Positions 12,401-25,697 of a stretch of DNA of 64,000 bases are shown here, in pieces. A program made the translations under genes and the position numbers. Each line of letters begins with the position of its first letter. Within the stretch, counting starts at the first letter, position 1. Location: NCBI RefSeq assembly GCF_026210795.1, contig NC_089429.1:3534001-3598000 (forward strand), read 5' to 3'. This stretch comes from Rhizophagus irregularis. Its lineage: Eukaryota. The notes beneath the pieces were generated by a model. That model was given only the letters and a program-made list of their open reading frames with translations, was not told where the DNA came from and made no database searches.

Positions 12401-13980
12401 AATCAATCTAAGATCTCACATGCTATTAAGAGATATGTTCGATTAGGGTTTGATTTAACTACTGGTGAAGATATTGAAAAGGCATTAGATGGTTTAAGTG
12501 GTACAGCAATAGCTTATTTGAAACCTAATCGTGATCAAAGGAGTCAAAGTAATGTTAAAACTATACCAGGAATTTCTAATTGGTTTGAATGGTCTTGGCC
12601 AACGGAGGGTCCCTTAGCTGGATATATTTGTGCACGCGACCTTCCCAATTTTGGAGAAATGATGACTTTTTCTGTGAGTAAATTTACTAAAACAGAACTT
12701 GTACAGCCTGAACCAATGGTGGGTGAACATTCCAAGGCTTCTTTAAAATGGACAATGCCAATATATCGAGCTTCAGGCAAGCTTATTTTTTCAATGGCAT
12801 TAATGGCGTTTCAATTTAATAGATCACACTTATTGTATGATTCATTTGAACAATTTTCATTTGGTAGTGACAAATACTAATCATTGGGATTTAAGAAGAT
12901 GGACAGTTGATAAATTAAAAGATGAATTGAACAGAAGAAATATTCATTTTAATATTGGTATGGGACGAGGTGAATTAGTGAATTTGTTGAAGCAAGAAAT
13001 AGGAGAAGAATCACAAATTGGTGAAGAATCAAGAGAAGATTTCTCAAAAACAGATATAGATGAGTGAGTAAAAATTGGTTTTATTATGTAAAATAATTGA
13101 TCAAATGCTCAAAAACTTTCAAAATATAATAGGAATCAAATATTTCACCTACAACTTGGATGGGCACTTAAATGCAATCAGAAATATGGTAAAAAAGGCA
13201 GTGGAAAAAGACTAGTAAAAGAAGTAGTAACGGCGTTAACTCACTTTTTTATGGTTGGACAACGTGATCCTAGTGACCGATACACTGCAAAGGATATGCT
13301 GGATGGGTTGAAAGAAATGGCAGAGAATGGTGAAATTACAACTGAAGTAATACCTTCTCTAAAAACGATAGAAAATTGGATTACTAGATATTCAAGTTTA
13401 TCGAAAAAAGAACATGCAGAACGTTTTTAGAAGAATAAATGCATTGATAAATAAATTGCGAATAAAAGATTGTAATAAATTTTACATTTTAAAATTGGTT
13501 ATCCCAGACAACCAATAGTTTTGCTACAATGAAAAATACCTTTTTTGATAATATGAAATTTGCGTTTGACTTTCAGAAATTTCAATAAAAATTCGCCAAA
13601 AATAAACAAAATATGACTTTTTTATCTTTTTCTTTATTATTAGAACAAGTTTATTAAAATATAACCCCAAAATTTGAACAAATATTAGAATTGTAAAGAT
13701 CGAAATTATGAAAGAGCCTATATATTAGAGGCAACAATCTGACATTGTCCACTAATAAACTTTTTGAAATTAAAAAACAAAATTATCGAAAAGTCATTTT
13801 GATTGAAACAAACGTGGTTATGGTGACGTATTTACAAAAAGGAAGTGGCTGAAAATTGCATATAAATTTGTGTTACTTATTGGCTAATTTCCGTAATTTT
13901 CCAGAATTAATTAGTGATCAGCAAAATTTTTGCCCCACGTTACACTGAGAATTTTATGTTACTGATCGGCGAATCACGAA
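9446..13980 (+). mobile_element. Sola3-like DNA transposon, full length
   Basis: 16-bp TIRs TTCGTGATT(T/C)GCCGAT flanked by TTAA on both sides (9442-9445, 13981-13984), enclosing one multi-exon transposase gene. Confidence 0.82.
9583..13438 (+). pseudogene. Sola3-like DDD transposase (multi-exon) with FYR-like N-terminal repeats, SAP-like motif and C-terminal helical domain; frameshifted
   Basis: VVDYKMRILP..RETKQDFYAKRGWALH, MSDNGPHYH and EAGEAKTSIDSHH catalytic-type blocks; WTVDKLKDELNRRNI...GRGELVNLL; GWALK...FFMVG...IENWITRY. Apparent frameshifts near 10817 and 11741. Confidence 0.72.
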
Positions 13981-14034
13981 TTAATATACTAAAAAATCAG
14001 TTTTATTGAAATACCGATATTGCTAAAATTGTTA

Positions 14035-16150
14035 TTTATATAATTTGACTACTCCACTATTCGCTGCTGATACTATCATATTCAGAGGAAACAATACTAA
14101 CACCTCTTTTATTTTTATTCTGATCCTCTTCTTCGTCTTTCTGATTTTCATCAACTTCTTCTTGATTTTCTTTAACTTCTTCTTGATTTTCGTCAACAAC
14201 TTCTTGATTTTCATCTTCTCTGGCCTGATCATCTTCTTCTAGTAGATCCTAGTTTTCGTCAGCTTCTTCTGGAAGAGAGCATTTATTTTTACTATATTTC
14301 TCGATAAGCTGTTTTAGGGATCCATTGTAGCTGTCTTTAATCCATCATAGGGTGTTAATTGACGCATCAATTTCATTAGTTGCGTAATTACCATACTTCT
14401 GATTTCTTACACGTCGAGACTTTAATGAAGCTGCACTATCGACATAATTTCAAAGAAATGTACGTAGCTATACAAATAAAAATAGTATTAAATTAAGATA
14501 CACCGATTGGTAAAAATTACTCGAATACTTATGGAAGATGATCTCCATTTGAGATCCCGGATGACGATCTTATGTTTGTTTGAGTTGTCTTTATCGGTCT
14601 CCGATTTCTCTGAACTGTAGTATCGATTTTCGGTCTGAACAGGTCAGAGCTCGTCATTGTAGAATTTATCTACCAATCGGTCCTTTAACGTGGTTAGTTT
14701 GTCAATGATTTTTGATCTTCTTTCAAGTTTCTAAATAAATAATAGGAAATATTTATTAATAAAAAAAGGTAATATCAAATAAAATAATTTAATATTTACA
14801 TCACTTTATCGGGAATTTGCGTGCTACCTTCTTTTATCATTTTCTACCCAATTTGCATCTCGTCTTGCATTAAGAAGTTCCTCTCGTTAGTGCCGATAAC
14901 GTTCATAAATAACATGTTTAATGATGCTATCGGTCACCGAGAAGAACTTCTTATTAATTGATTTTTGAACAACCGGGATGATATTATTCACTTTTTTTTG
15001 TTGACTTTCAAAGGTTTTTTTTATATTTAGACTTTTATCGTCTGGAAGTCAGTCCATTATTCTGACTATTTCACCCTAATCGTGAGATTATCATAATTGA
15101 TTAGCAACAATTTGGATAATTAAAATGAATTAAAATAAAATACAGTTCATAATTGATTAGCAGCAATTCAGATAATTAAAACAAATTAAAATAAAATACG
15201 GTACTTTTAAAGTATTCCTCTAATCCCTATTCATTTTTTCGTAATGAAGAAATGATAATGAATTTGAGGATGGCGCTGAATTTGAGGATGGTGCCAATTT
15301 TGAGGATGGTGAGGATGAAGTTGATGAAGATGAAGAGAAAAAGGATGGGAATAGGGATGGAGATAGTCTGCTTTGCACACTTTTTGACAATTCTGGTATA
15401 CCGTATTTTTGCACATATTTAGGCTTATTCAATGACCTGGTCACGTACTGGTTCTTTCGGCTTTTTGAACCTTGAATTTCCAGATCCACGTTAGACCAGT
15501 CAATAATATTTTCTTTTGGATCAGTTATCTTCTGCTTTTCTTTCGTAACAGACTTAAGCAGGCGAGTTAACTCCTCAATCTGCATTTGTAAAGCTATAAA
15601 AGGAAATCAGGTTAAAACTAAATTGATTTGTGATAGTTTTTCATATAATTACATACTGGATTTATTGGAATCATTATTTCTCTCATTTTGTTGAGTCGAT
15701 TGGTCATTATTTCTCTTATTCTGTTGAATCGTATCATCATTTCCTTCATCGTTTTCGTTAACTAAATTAATAAAAATAGGCTTTTTGCCTTTCATTATTA
15801 TTTCACATCCTTTAGATTCGTGATATATTGAATTCAATCACACATGATTAACGTAAATTTTCAAAATATACCACTGTTTCTCTTGTCCTCAACAATGTCA
15901 ATTAAAGCGGGCTTTTGTTTTTTCGTAGATTCTAATCGTCATCTTATTGTACATCTTAACTCAGGATCACTTTCATTAGATATCAATTGTGAAAAATAAG
16001 TAATATATTGAGAAATTAAAGAATTTGATAAAAATCAACCAAATTAAATTACCCTTGTTTGATACTACTTTGCTTATCAGATTTTCTATCTGAATCACTA
16101 TCCGAATGGTGACGTTTTTTAGATTTTTTTGACTTTTTGACTTTTTTATT
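14035..16150 (-). pseudogene. CACTA-like accessory (second) gene, multi-exon, decayed
   Basis: Pieces read KKSKKRHHSDSDS, LQMQIEELTRLL, ERYRH*REELL...DKRR*HANSR, WRSSS|LRTFL and an acidic tail. Same block order as the genes at 52.3 and 59.9 kb. Confidence 0.6.
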
Positions 16151-16641
16151 TATATTAGTTATATTTGAATGTATTTACAATTTTGAGTAAATTTTTATAT
16201 ATAAAATAATATAGGATTTTTTTACAAAAATCGGTAACGAGTGAGAAAAAAAAAAGTCTGTCTAAAAATTAGACTTATATATATATATTTATTTAATAGT
16301 TTAAAAATAAACTTTTACGAACCATTAATATTTATGATTAAACTTTAAATAAATCAATTTCATCAATTTTCAATAGTATAATATAAAAATAAATTGTATC
16401 AAATTTTCGTAAGATTAATAAATTATATACTATTGATATATTTAGAAATAAATTGTATCAATTTTCACAATCTCTTTATTAACCGATTAAAATAAATAGT
16501 TTAATTTATCTAATTATGATAATATTCGCACAATTCAATTCTGATGTATACAATAATTAATCGCAAAGCCAATTGATCAAAATTTTGTGCGAACTAACTG
16601 ATTGATGTATTTTGAGGAAATTTTGATTACAAATTGATAGA

Positions 16642-17550
16642 ATGAAGATGACAAAATCAAAGAAAAATCGCATTAATAAAGATCGTACGAAAGTTACTGA
16701 TAGTGCACCTAAAACTAGAAAATTTGTCAAATGCAATTGTTTGTTGCATTGTGATAGTGGTAAGTTAGTGGATTCTAAAACATTCAGAAGACATCAAGAA
16801 AAAGTTAATCGACTTCAAACAATTGCTTCTGGATCTCAGAGTTCTTCTCAACTAAAAGGTACCAGGAACAAATTGTATAGTGTAGAATCATCTCCAGATG
16901 AAAAAGGAAAAAAAAGAATTAGAGTGGTAGAGAATACATCAGATGATGATGATGGCGATGATGATGATGATGGTGATGATGGTGATGAATCTTCTGATAA
17001 AAGAGGAAAAAAAAGAATTAGAGCAATAGAATATTCATCAGATGATAATGATGAATCACTTCTAAGCAATAATGAACCAATGCCAGAGAGACCAGAAAAA
17101 TGAAAGCGTACCAATAAGATTGATGATATGATTCCTGATGATGACAATAGTGATGGTTCTTTGACCGACAGGTCTCTAACAGAAAGTGACGCTAACGAAT
17201 CCTTGACAGAAGATGATGATGAGGCTTCTGAGGTATCTGAAGATGATGACCGTAGTTTAAGTGAAGATGAAGTTCTGATCAAACAATTTACAGCTCCTGA
17301 TTTTGATGACTATGATTATGAATCAGATCTTAGAAATCTTGACATAAACATTAACTTCAACGATTCGTGGATACTTTTGTGGATATTCAAATATCAGGCG
17401 AGATTTCGTCTTCCTGATGTCGCCATCGATAAACTTATTAAATTTTTTAAGATAGTTTTATCGGATGCTGATAAACGACGATTTGAAAAATTCCTTACAT
17501 TATTTTATTTGGCGAAAAAACTTTTAAAGATCGTTAGTAATGATCTATGA
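16642..17550 (+). pseudogene. CACTA/EnSpm-like transposase, N-terminal part only
   Basis: KFVKCNCLLHCDSGKLVD...RRH, an acidic tract, and NDSWILLWIFKYQARFRLPDVAIDKLIKFF align to the N-terminus of ORF 56432-57904. Stop at 17101; homology ends at ~17533. Confidence 0.8.
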
Positions 17551-17589
17551 TTATACAATATGCATGTTGGTCGAATATCTACATCACGC

Positions 17590-18410
17590 GTTACACATAT
17601 CAAAAGTTTAAAAAAGAATCTTATGCATTCTTTTTTAAACTTTTATTCCTCTTTTTCCTCGTCCTTTGGCTCTATAGGTGCAGGAAAAAAAATTTTTTTT
17701 TTTATTATTTATTTTTTAAATTTTAGTGGCTTCGTCTTTTCCTTCTCAGAATGCCAGTCAAAACTACACACCAGACTTTGGATAATAAGATAAATGGGAG
17801 GGGGAAGTCAGTTTTTTTATTTTAGAAACATTATAACGTTTCTTTTCTTAGTTTTTTTATTTATCATGAAGTCCATTTCGTCTGGAAATACTTGTAAGAA
17901 AAAGAAAGATTCGTAAGTCGAATCTTAGTTTTTTTTTAATATTATGGAACAGTTTGCTTACTTTGCTAACCGTTCTTATTTTTTTATAGATTTCGGGAAA
18001 ACGAAAAGGAAAGGGTAAAACGAAAGGGGATGGATTTCTGAAGGATATACTTTTAGAATTTGTAAGTATTAATCTTAAATTTTTTTTTTTATTATTATGG
18101 AACGGTTTACTAACCATTCCTTTCTTTTTTTATAGGTTTCAGTGTCTTGAAAGGGCTTCTGAAGAACGGAAAACCCAAAGATTCATGTACGAATCTTTGT
18201 TTTTTCTATTTTTTTAATATTATGAACGGTATTAACCGTTCTTTTTCTTTTTTTTATAGGTTCAGTGTCTCGGGAAGGCTTTCAAAGAATGGAAAAACCC
18301 AAAAATTCACATATGAATCTTATTTGTTTTACTTTTTTTTAATATTATGAATGGTTATTAATAACCGTTCTTTTCTTCTTTTTTTAGGATTGGGTGGACT
18401 TCCGCAAGTT
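17590..18410 (+). repeat. Leader hairpin plus micro-exon/intron tandem array C
   Basis: Leader homologous to 8340-8400. The first unit resembles array A and later units resemble array B (AAGATTC GTAAGTC GAATCTT; GAACGGT..TAACCGTTC). Confidence 0.78.
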
Positions 18411-18639
18411 CTTCAGAATATTCTTGTTGTAGTTCTTCCAAACGTTTGTATATAGCAGGTTCAAAGTCGGTAGCAGTTTAAAAAATGCTAGTCACACTGG
18501 TAATCCTAACAATCCACAATGTTTGTTCTAGTAAGAAAGCGAAAGTCTCTTTGTCAAGTAACTTGAGGAAGTTTACCAGTTCTTCTAAAGTAAAGTTGTT
18601 AGCAATAGAAGCCATTTTTTATAATATAATTTTAAAAAA

Positions 18640-19364
18640 TATCATTGCTGAAATTTCGTTAACAAATGGCCATGCAATCAGTGGAAAGAGTTCATCACTC
18701 ATTATAATGAATTAAATGGAATATTTCAAGGTTTTATAGATGAAAAACAGCTAAATTTACTCCAACAACAGACTATTAATAAAGAAAATATTGGACATAA
18801 TTATCAAGGAGATAATGAATCTACTATTATTTGTTCCAATCCAGTTACTTCAAGGTGGTGTGGACGTCCTTCAAATTGATATCTGAGCGAAGGTGAAGCT
18901 GCAAGACAAAGTAAGAAGCAAAAAATGACTAATTTAGGATTAGAATGTATTGCAGAAAATATTGAAACTATTAGTGGAAACAATAAAAAACAAAGAAAAT
19001 GTAAAGGGTGTCAAGGTATAGGTCATGATTTGCGAAATTGTAAAAGTAAAGCTCTTGGTGAAAGAAATTAGTTGTATTAAGTCTTAATAGAATTTTAATT
19101 ATAATTTACTGTATTTCGACTTTAATAATAAATTAATTGTATAACTGCGTTAAAATCATGTGATCTATTATATCAGTGAAATCACCTGCGGTAATTAGAA
19201 ATTTTTTTAATTAAATAAAACTATGAAATATATGTTATTTTTAACTAATTTATTTCTGTCATATTTCAATATTATACTTTTTGATATGACTAGATTAAAA
19301 TACAATAACTTTTAAATTTTAACCAAAAAATTCTTTTTACCTTGATTTTTCTGGATCAGTCCCC
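18640..19364 (+). mobile_element. 3' fragment of a MULE/FAR1-like transposase with probable terminus
   Basis: SNPVTSRWCGRPSN*YLSEGE...RKCKGCQGIGHDLRNC (CCHC knuckle), stop at 19070. End ...CTGGATCAGTCCCC (reverse complement GGGGACTGATCC). Confidence 0.6.
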
Positions 19365-19855
19365 TTATTATTTAGTTTAAGGATTATTTTGTACAAATGT
19401 GGCATTACATTTGACCTAAAATTTTCTATTTTAAAGTTTGCATTGCTCGATTAATCTCTCTGTATCTATATACAACTCTTGAAAAAATATGGAAATAAGA
19501 GAAATAACAATGCGTTAATGTTTTTTTGCGGGTCAAGAAAAGAACATTTTTATCACACATAATCATGCATATTTTGACCGGGTCAAGAAAGTAATGTCAA
19601 GAACGTAATTTTTGCACCTGAGATGGCGGCTAATAAATCAACTAAACAATCATAATTTTTCTATGGAATGCTACAAATTTTGAAAGATTTAACGTTATTG
19701 TCATCTTGGTCGGTTGTCTCATATTAAATCTATGTACGCATAACAATAATAATAAAAAACTATTGGATAAATACATTAGTTGTACCAACATATATTAAAA
19801 AGTATATAGAGCCATTGAATTTAATTAATACGCTCATTAATCATACTAACAAAAA

Positions 19856-22165
19856 TTAAAAATCTCGTTTCTTTTTATTTAACCCATTATCTTGCTTTTG
19901 ATCAGAATATCTTTTTACAGATTTTGATAACTTTAGCTTATTTCCATTAGTCCATTCAAAAAATTTACACCGACTTTCTTGAGAGTTTCCGACGGGTCTG
20001 TTTAAGAAGAAAACAATTAATTTATTTAATAATATATATTGAATCAGAAAACTTTGTTATTTATTACCTTGAACACAAGTAGAATCGTCTTCCCTGATTT
20101 ATCCCTGGTTTGTTGACTGTATATTCCTTACATGGCTCTCCATGTCCAATACAATTTGGAATAGGCCGTGGTTTAAACAAAGCGTTCCATTGAGATTGTA
20201 TATCACTTTTATTATTGCTGGAAGAAACTTCTATGCACTCATCTTCAACATTATTAATAATATCATCTAAAGATTCTTCAAAAGAATTTGAAGAATCTGA
20301 TATATTTTCTGAAATAGTACTCTTTTCTTGTAAACCTTGAGAGTCTTTCAGTTCTATCGATTTTGTTACTTCCTCTAACTTTTTTTCTGGTGGTGTATCT
20401 TGAGAAGCTTTTTTGAACAATGATATTAAAGATACTTGATTGGTTGGATATGATAATTTTGACTTTGCCTGTGCTTTGCTACTTTTTTCCTTAATAAGTT
20501 TGGAAGAATTAGCTTTAGCTTTTTGAACTTTAATAACCGAAGCTTGGCCTGACTTCCTTTTAATTTCCGATTGCTCTTTTAAACCTTCAGAGATGTCAAT
20601 TGATGAATCTGTTGGTATTGTATTACTAGTTAAAGTTTCAGGAATATTTTCAACAATGTTATCATTACTTGTCTTTACTGATTTCCTTTCCTGTGCCTCT
20701 TTTTCTTTTATCTCCTGTTTGATAAAAAAGCTTTTCAATGTTTGTTGCTTCCCAGAAAACCTTACCAAATTTTTTGCACAGAGCTTAGGTGTTAGGGTCA
20801 TTAAAGTATTTTCCTTAAGTAAGGAAAGTTTATTATCTCCTTCATATATTTCATCAAACAATTCACAAGAGACAGGACAATGATCTGACCCCATAATGTC
20901 TTGTTCTACATTGCATGACTTGAACCATTTAGTTAAGCCTTCACTAACAAGTATATAATCTAAACGTGTTCCTAAATACAATAAAGAGAAAAAATAAGCA
21001 TTAACTGTCATTAAATTTTTTTTAAAAAAAAGTTTTCACATTACCATAATTTATTGGCCTGGTATTAGTTTTAAAAATATTAAAAATATTATTAGTGAGT
21101 TTCTATTGAAAGAAGAGTCGTAATAATTATTATGAAATATTGCATCACCTTGCATTGATTAATGTATTCCAGCCTATTAACGAATAGAAATATACTTTTA
21201 CGTATATCCAATAATAATAATAATATACATTAATAATTTATAGTAATAAAACAACTTACATGTAAATAATCCTTCTTCATCCGGATGAAACTTCCTACAC
21301 AAATCAATCATTGGCCCGTTCGGTGAAATCCAACTGTCAAGCCATTTTCTTGCCGGATGGTCACCAAAAGATTTTAAACCATGTTCCTTAATTGATTTTT
21401 GAGGATCACAATGATCAATTACTCGATGTGTTACATTCAAATCTCCAACAATTATAACTTCTCTCCCAGAATCAAGTAGAGCTTCTGCACGTCTTTGTAG
21501 AATATTATAGAATCTTAGTTTGTAAGGAAGTCGCCCTTGGGATGATTCGTGTACACAGTAGACATTGAACAATACAAATATCCCAAAATCAAGGATAACA
21601 CATCGACCTTCTGAATCTATTTCCAACAATTCTTCAGTTGTAAATTCACTAATAATACTGGGTCCGATTCCTGCCGTCGTTACATCTTTCGATTTAGCAT
21701 TCGCTGGTACTTCGTTTAGAATACCGGAGATTCCTTCCTCAGCTGCAATAGGTCTTATGACACTTGTCTTTACATAGATGACGACCCCAGCATATCCACC
21801 TTTTCCTCTCGAAGAAGAAAAATAAGCATCATATCCTGGTACTATTGCCAATGAAGAATCTAACTTATCTAAAGTAATTTTTGTTTCTTGAAAACAAATT
21901 ATATCAGCGTTGAGCGTATCCAGTACTTGCTAAAATAAATTATGGCTTTAAAAAAAATTTAAAATATAAAAGTTATGGTATTTAAAAATTAACCTTATAA
22001 TCCTTATGCTTGCTCCATCTATACTTTATGAAAGCATTTCGAAAATCAGTTTGAAACACGTATTCACTCAGAAAGAACAATTGACCATTGGAATTTTTCA
22101 ATGACTTACGGATAATAGTTTGTAATTGACCTTATCCCATTAACATTCCACGTTATTATACGCAT
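19856..22165 (-). CDS. APN2: AP endonuclease 2 (ExoIII family, C-terminal GRF zinc finger), multi-exon
   Basis: MRIITWNVNGIR, DIICFQETK, GDLNV, FTCW...NYGTRLDYIL, GSDHCPV, and C..HGEPC...KPGINQGRRFYLCSRP...CKFFEW. GT-AG introns, including 14- and 25-nt exons. Confidence 0.93.
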
Positions 22166-23079
22166 ACTTTATGGAATATTAAGTGAAATTGTAGTTGATC
22201 TCACTAATATTGACTCGAAAAATAAAATATATATATAAATATTTTTCTACGAAAGTCCGAATTTAGACGCGTATCATTTTAAAAGTGATTCAGGTCTATA
22301 TTCTCTACTATATTCTGTACAACCAAATTGTTCATATACAGACAGTATCAGTCATTTTTTTTTTTATATTTTAAATTTATTTTGCTATTCGAAAGGAGTA
22401 TATATTATCAAATTTTTATTTTAAAAAGTATGCATTTATAATAAAAATAAATAAGTTAGAATATGCACAAGTGATTTATTAATGATTTATTAATTCTTTC
22501 ATACTTGCACAATTTTACAATTTTAAAAATTCACTGTTTTTATTTTTATTTTTTATTATTAGTTTTAAAGAAATATATATAAGTGATGTTTGATTTCCAA
22601 AATACCTGTATTCTTTTTAAAGAATTTGATATTTAACAATATATTTATTGACAAGTAATATATGCTATCTAAAAATTGTTGTGGTATTAAAGTAACATAA
22701 TAATTATATTAGAAATATAGAGAAGTATTTGCCATAACTAATAATATGATTTAAATAAAGAGGTATTCATACGACGAAGTTACGTCACTTACGTGTATAC
22801 GTGTATGATTAATTTATTAGAAAATTAGAAAATAAAAATTTTAGGATTATATACATTATACTGCATAATTATAGTAAAAAATTTGAAACAACAAATCAAC
22901 ATCTGATTAATTACCGAACGAACTAACCTTAACTTTTTAGACCATAGTAAAAAGTATCATTAAGACTTAATTACTGTTCCTTTAAAAAATTCGTTAAGAG
23001 TCTTAGTATCATACTTTTTTATTTCTTCTGCTAGCGTGAGGGCTTGTTTTCCGTTGACATAAATACAAGTTTTTTTTTT

Positions 23080-24603
23080 TTACAAGTATTTATTAAAAAA
23101 CTCATAAATTCTCTTCCAAGCTAAACTTTTAATTTCATCATTATCACCACCGACAAAACCAAGTTCTTTGCGCATTTTTAATGCCCATTCTTCATCATTC
23201 AAAAATGCGTGACCTTGTCCGTCATATCTATAAATTGCAATTTCTTTTCCTGGCTCATCAAATCTTTCTATTCCTTCTTCAAGTTGTCTTTCAAGAGAAT
23301 TAGCTAAATAGAAAAAAATAAAAATATCAAAAATTATACAGCTATAAAAAAAAAAGTTTCTTGCATGATTGCATGATTGCATACCAGCATTTAGATCACT
23401 AAACCCAGTCATATTATCTTCCTTTCCAAAATGACCCTAGATATTAAGTCCATTATTATAATTTCTAAAAATTATCTTTTCATAAGTTTATGTTTGAAAC
23501 CACGAACCTGCACGGGAGTTGTTACAGCAATAACAGACAAATCACAAATTGTCGGAGATGGAATACCATAACAAGTAACAGCCGCGCTCAAAGGTTTCTT
23601 TGGCTTCAAATGTGATGCAAGAGCAAGACTCATAGCACCTAATATTCAAATTCAAAAATTTTTTCTAAATGAAAAAAAAAAAAATAACTCTCATTTTTAG
23701 ATAAATAATTAATCTCACCTCCCATACAAAATCCGATGGATCCAATTTTTCTGAAATAAATCATCACTCACGTGGTTATTAAAATTCTCAATAATTATTT
23801 TTGATAATCATATCTAAAACCTACTCTCGATTTTCTTTATTCAAAGAGTCAACAAGTGACTCTAACTCCACTAACGCATGTTTCCAATCCAAATTCTTTT
23901 TATGCATATTAAATGAAATAAAATGTTATATTGACTCTATTGAAGACAAATACGTTTTGTATATGATTAAAAGATTCTTACAGTCATTAGATGACTCGCT
24001 TCCTAATAAAATTTAGAAACAAAAAATTTAAAACAAATCACGTTTTTTTTAAAAAAAATATTTCATTAATATGCTTACCTCTTGAGATAAGCCAAGTTTA
24101 CCTTTGTAAAGATCGGGAACAACAGTCAATGTATTTGTATTATCAGCAATACGTTGAGCATGAATTTTGATTTGTTCATTAATCCCCCACCTATTTAATT
24201 AATATAAATTCTTCGCGTATTATTCGCATTATTGCACATTTCAACACTTTTCACAATATTTACCAATTTACTTTTTATTTTATTACAATAAAGAACATAA
24301 ATAAACTTACCATTCTTGTAAGACTAATATAGCAGAATTCTTTTTCTCTTGTCCATTTTTTGGTAAAAATCTTAAAGTTTTAAAAGGTAATCCTTCACTA
24401 ACTTCGCTTTCAGGCTTAGTACTCATTTTTCTTGTAATTGGATAATTGTATTCAACTTTTAAAAAATTATTTTCAATACAATTTTTAAAGAATTTATTGT
24501 GTAATTTATTAATTTGATGAAAGGTATGGATTTTCTTTTGTTGAAAATAAATGGGTAGTTTAAAATTTAACTTTATAATATTAGAAAAAATAATTGGACT
24601 CAT
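23080..24603 (-). CDS. Dienelactone hydrolase (carboxymethylenebutenolidase) family protein, multi-exon, possible mitochondrial presequence
   Basis: VLQEWWGIN, VPDLYKG, GFCMGG nucleophile elbow, GHFGKED and YDGQGHAF. Alternative start at MSTKPESE (~24426). Confidence 0.9.
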
Positions 24604-25697
24604 CTGTAATAAATAAATAATTTTTTTTAAAAAAGTTGTACAAAACTTTCCAAACTCGTAAATATTACGATATTTTTTAAAAAAGAAAAAAAGATTTTGT
24701 TTGCAATCAAAGATTTTTTTATGCGTGACATGTTTTAATTAGGAAAATCTAAACCTTTCCTTTTACAGTATTTACATACAGTGTATAAAAAAAATAGTTT
24801 TCGATTATAGTAATTTTTTTCTTTTTTTTGAGTTTATTTTTATATAATCATTTTTTTTTCTATTTTGTAAAGAATTCCCTAATCAATAATAAAAGAATTT
24901 TTTTTAAAAAAAAAAAAAAATTTTTATGGAAAAAAAAACTAATCTAATAAAAACTACTTTTCAAAAGTGAAGAATTTTTTTTTTTTGCATGTTTCTTTTT
25001 TTTCATTGCATTCGTAAATTAATTAATGTCACTTAGATATAAGCAAAAAAAGAAATATTTACGAATCATTATTAGGAATAAAAAAAGAGAAATACTTTTT
25101 AAAATTAAAAAAAAAAAACCTTTGATTATTGCAATCATACCTTCTTGTCTTTTTCTTAAAGCAAAAGAAAAAAAAAGAAAAAAAAAGATCAATTATAATC
25201 AAAGATAAAAAAAAAATTTAAAAGGGGAAGGGGGAAATTTTTGTACAAATGCGCTTATTTCAGAGAATATATATTACACCAATTCAATCTATTACTATAT
25301 AGTAATAATACATAGCAATAAAATGAATCAAAATAGTTTGTGGAAAAAGAAACAAAATCCATCGTGTATTGTACACAACAGACCCCAATATGATTTATGA
25401 GAATGTAAAAAAACTAAACACAAATGTTCATTAAAGTGAATTAAATCCGCAATGATTAGAATATATAAAAGAAATGGGAATTATTAAATTTATGCAAATT
25501 AAATTGCGTGGTTTCTTGTTATAATTGCTCGGTTATTTTCCCTTAACATCAAAAAAAAAAGCTTGGAAAATTAAAAGCCATATTTGATTAAAAAAAGACA
25601 AATGTGTTACTATTAGTCAAGCTAATAGAATTCAACACATATTATTCTTTAATCACTGACAACTCTTGATAATAAAATATTATAAAAATTGATCAGT

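Larger units (their letters stand above)
9111..17550. mobile_element. Truncated two-gene CACTA-like element hosting the Sola3-like insertion
   Basis: Terminus-like TACTAGTCGAACGATGTCAAATCG at 9111 with ACCAATC/CCGAT subterminal motifs. Accessory gene on the - strand (14.0-16.2 kb), divergent transposase 5' part on the + strand (16.6-17.55 kb). Confidence 0.5.

Noticed and set aside
18400..18615. Minus-strand ORF fragment MASIANNFTLEELVNFLKLLD...
   Set aside because: Short, apparently frameshifted and unassignable.
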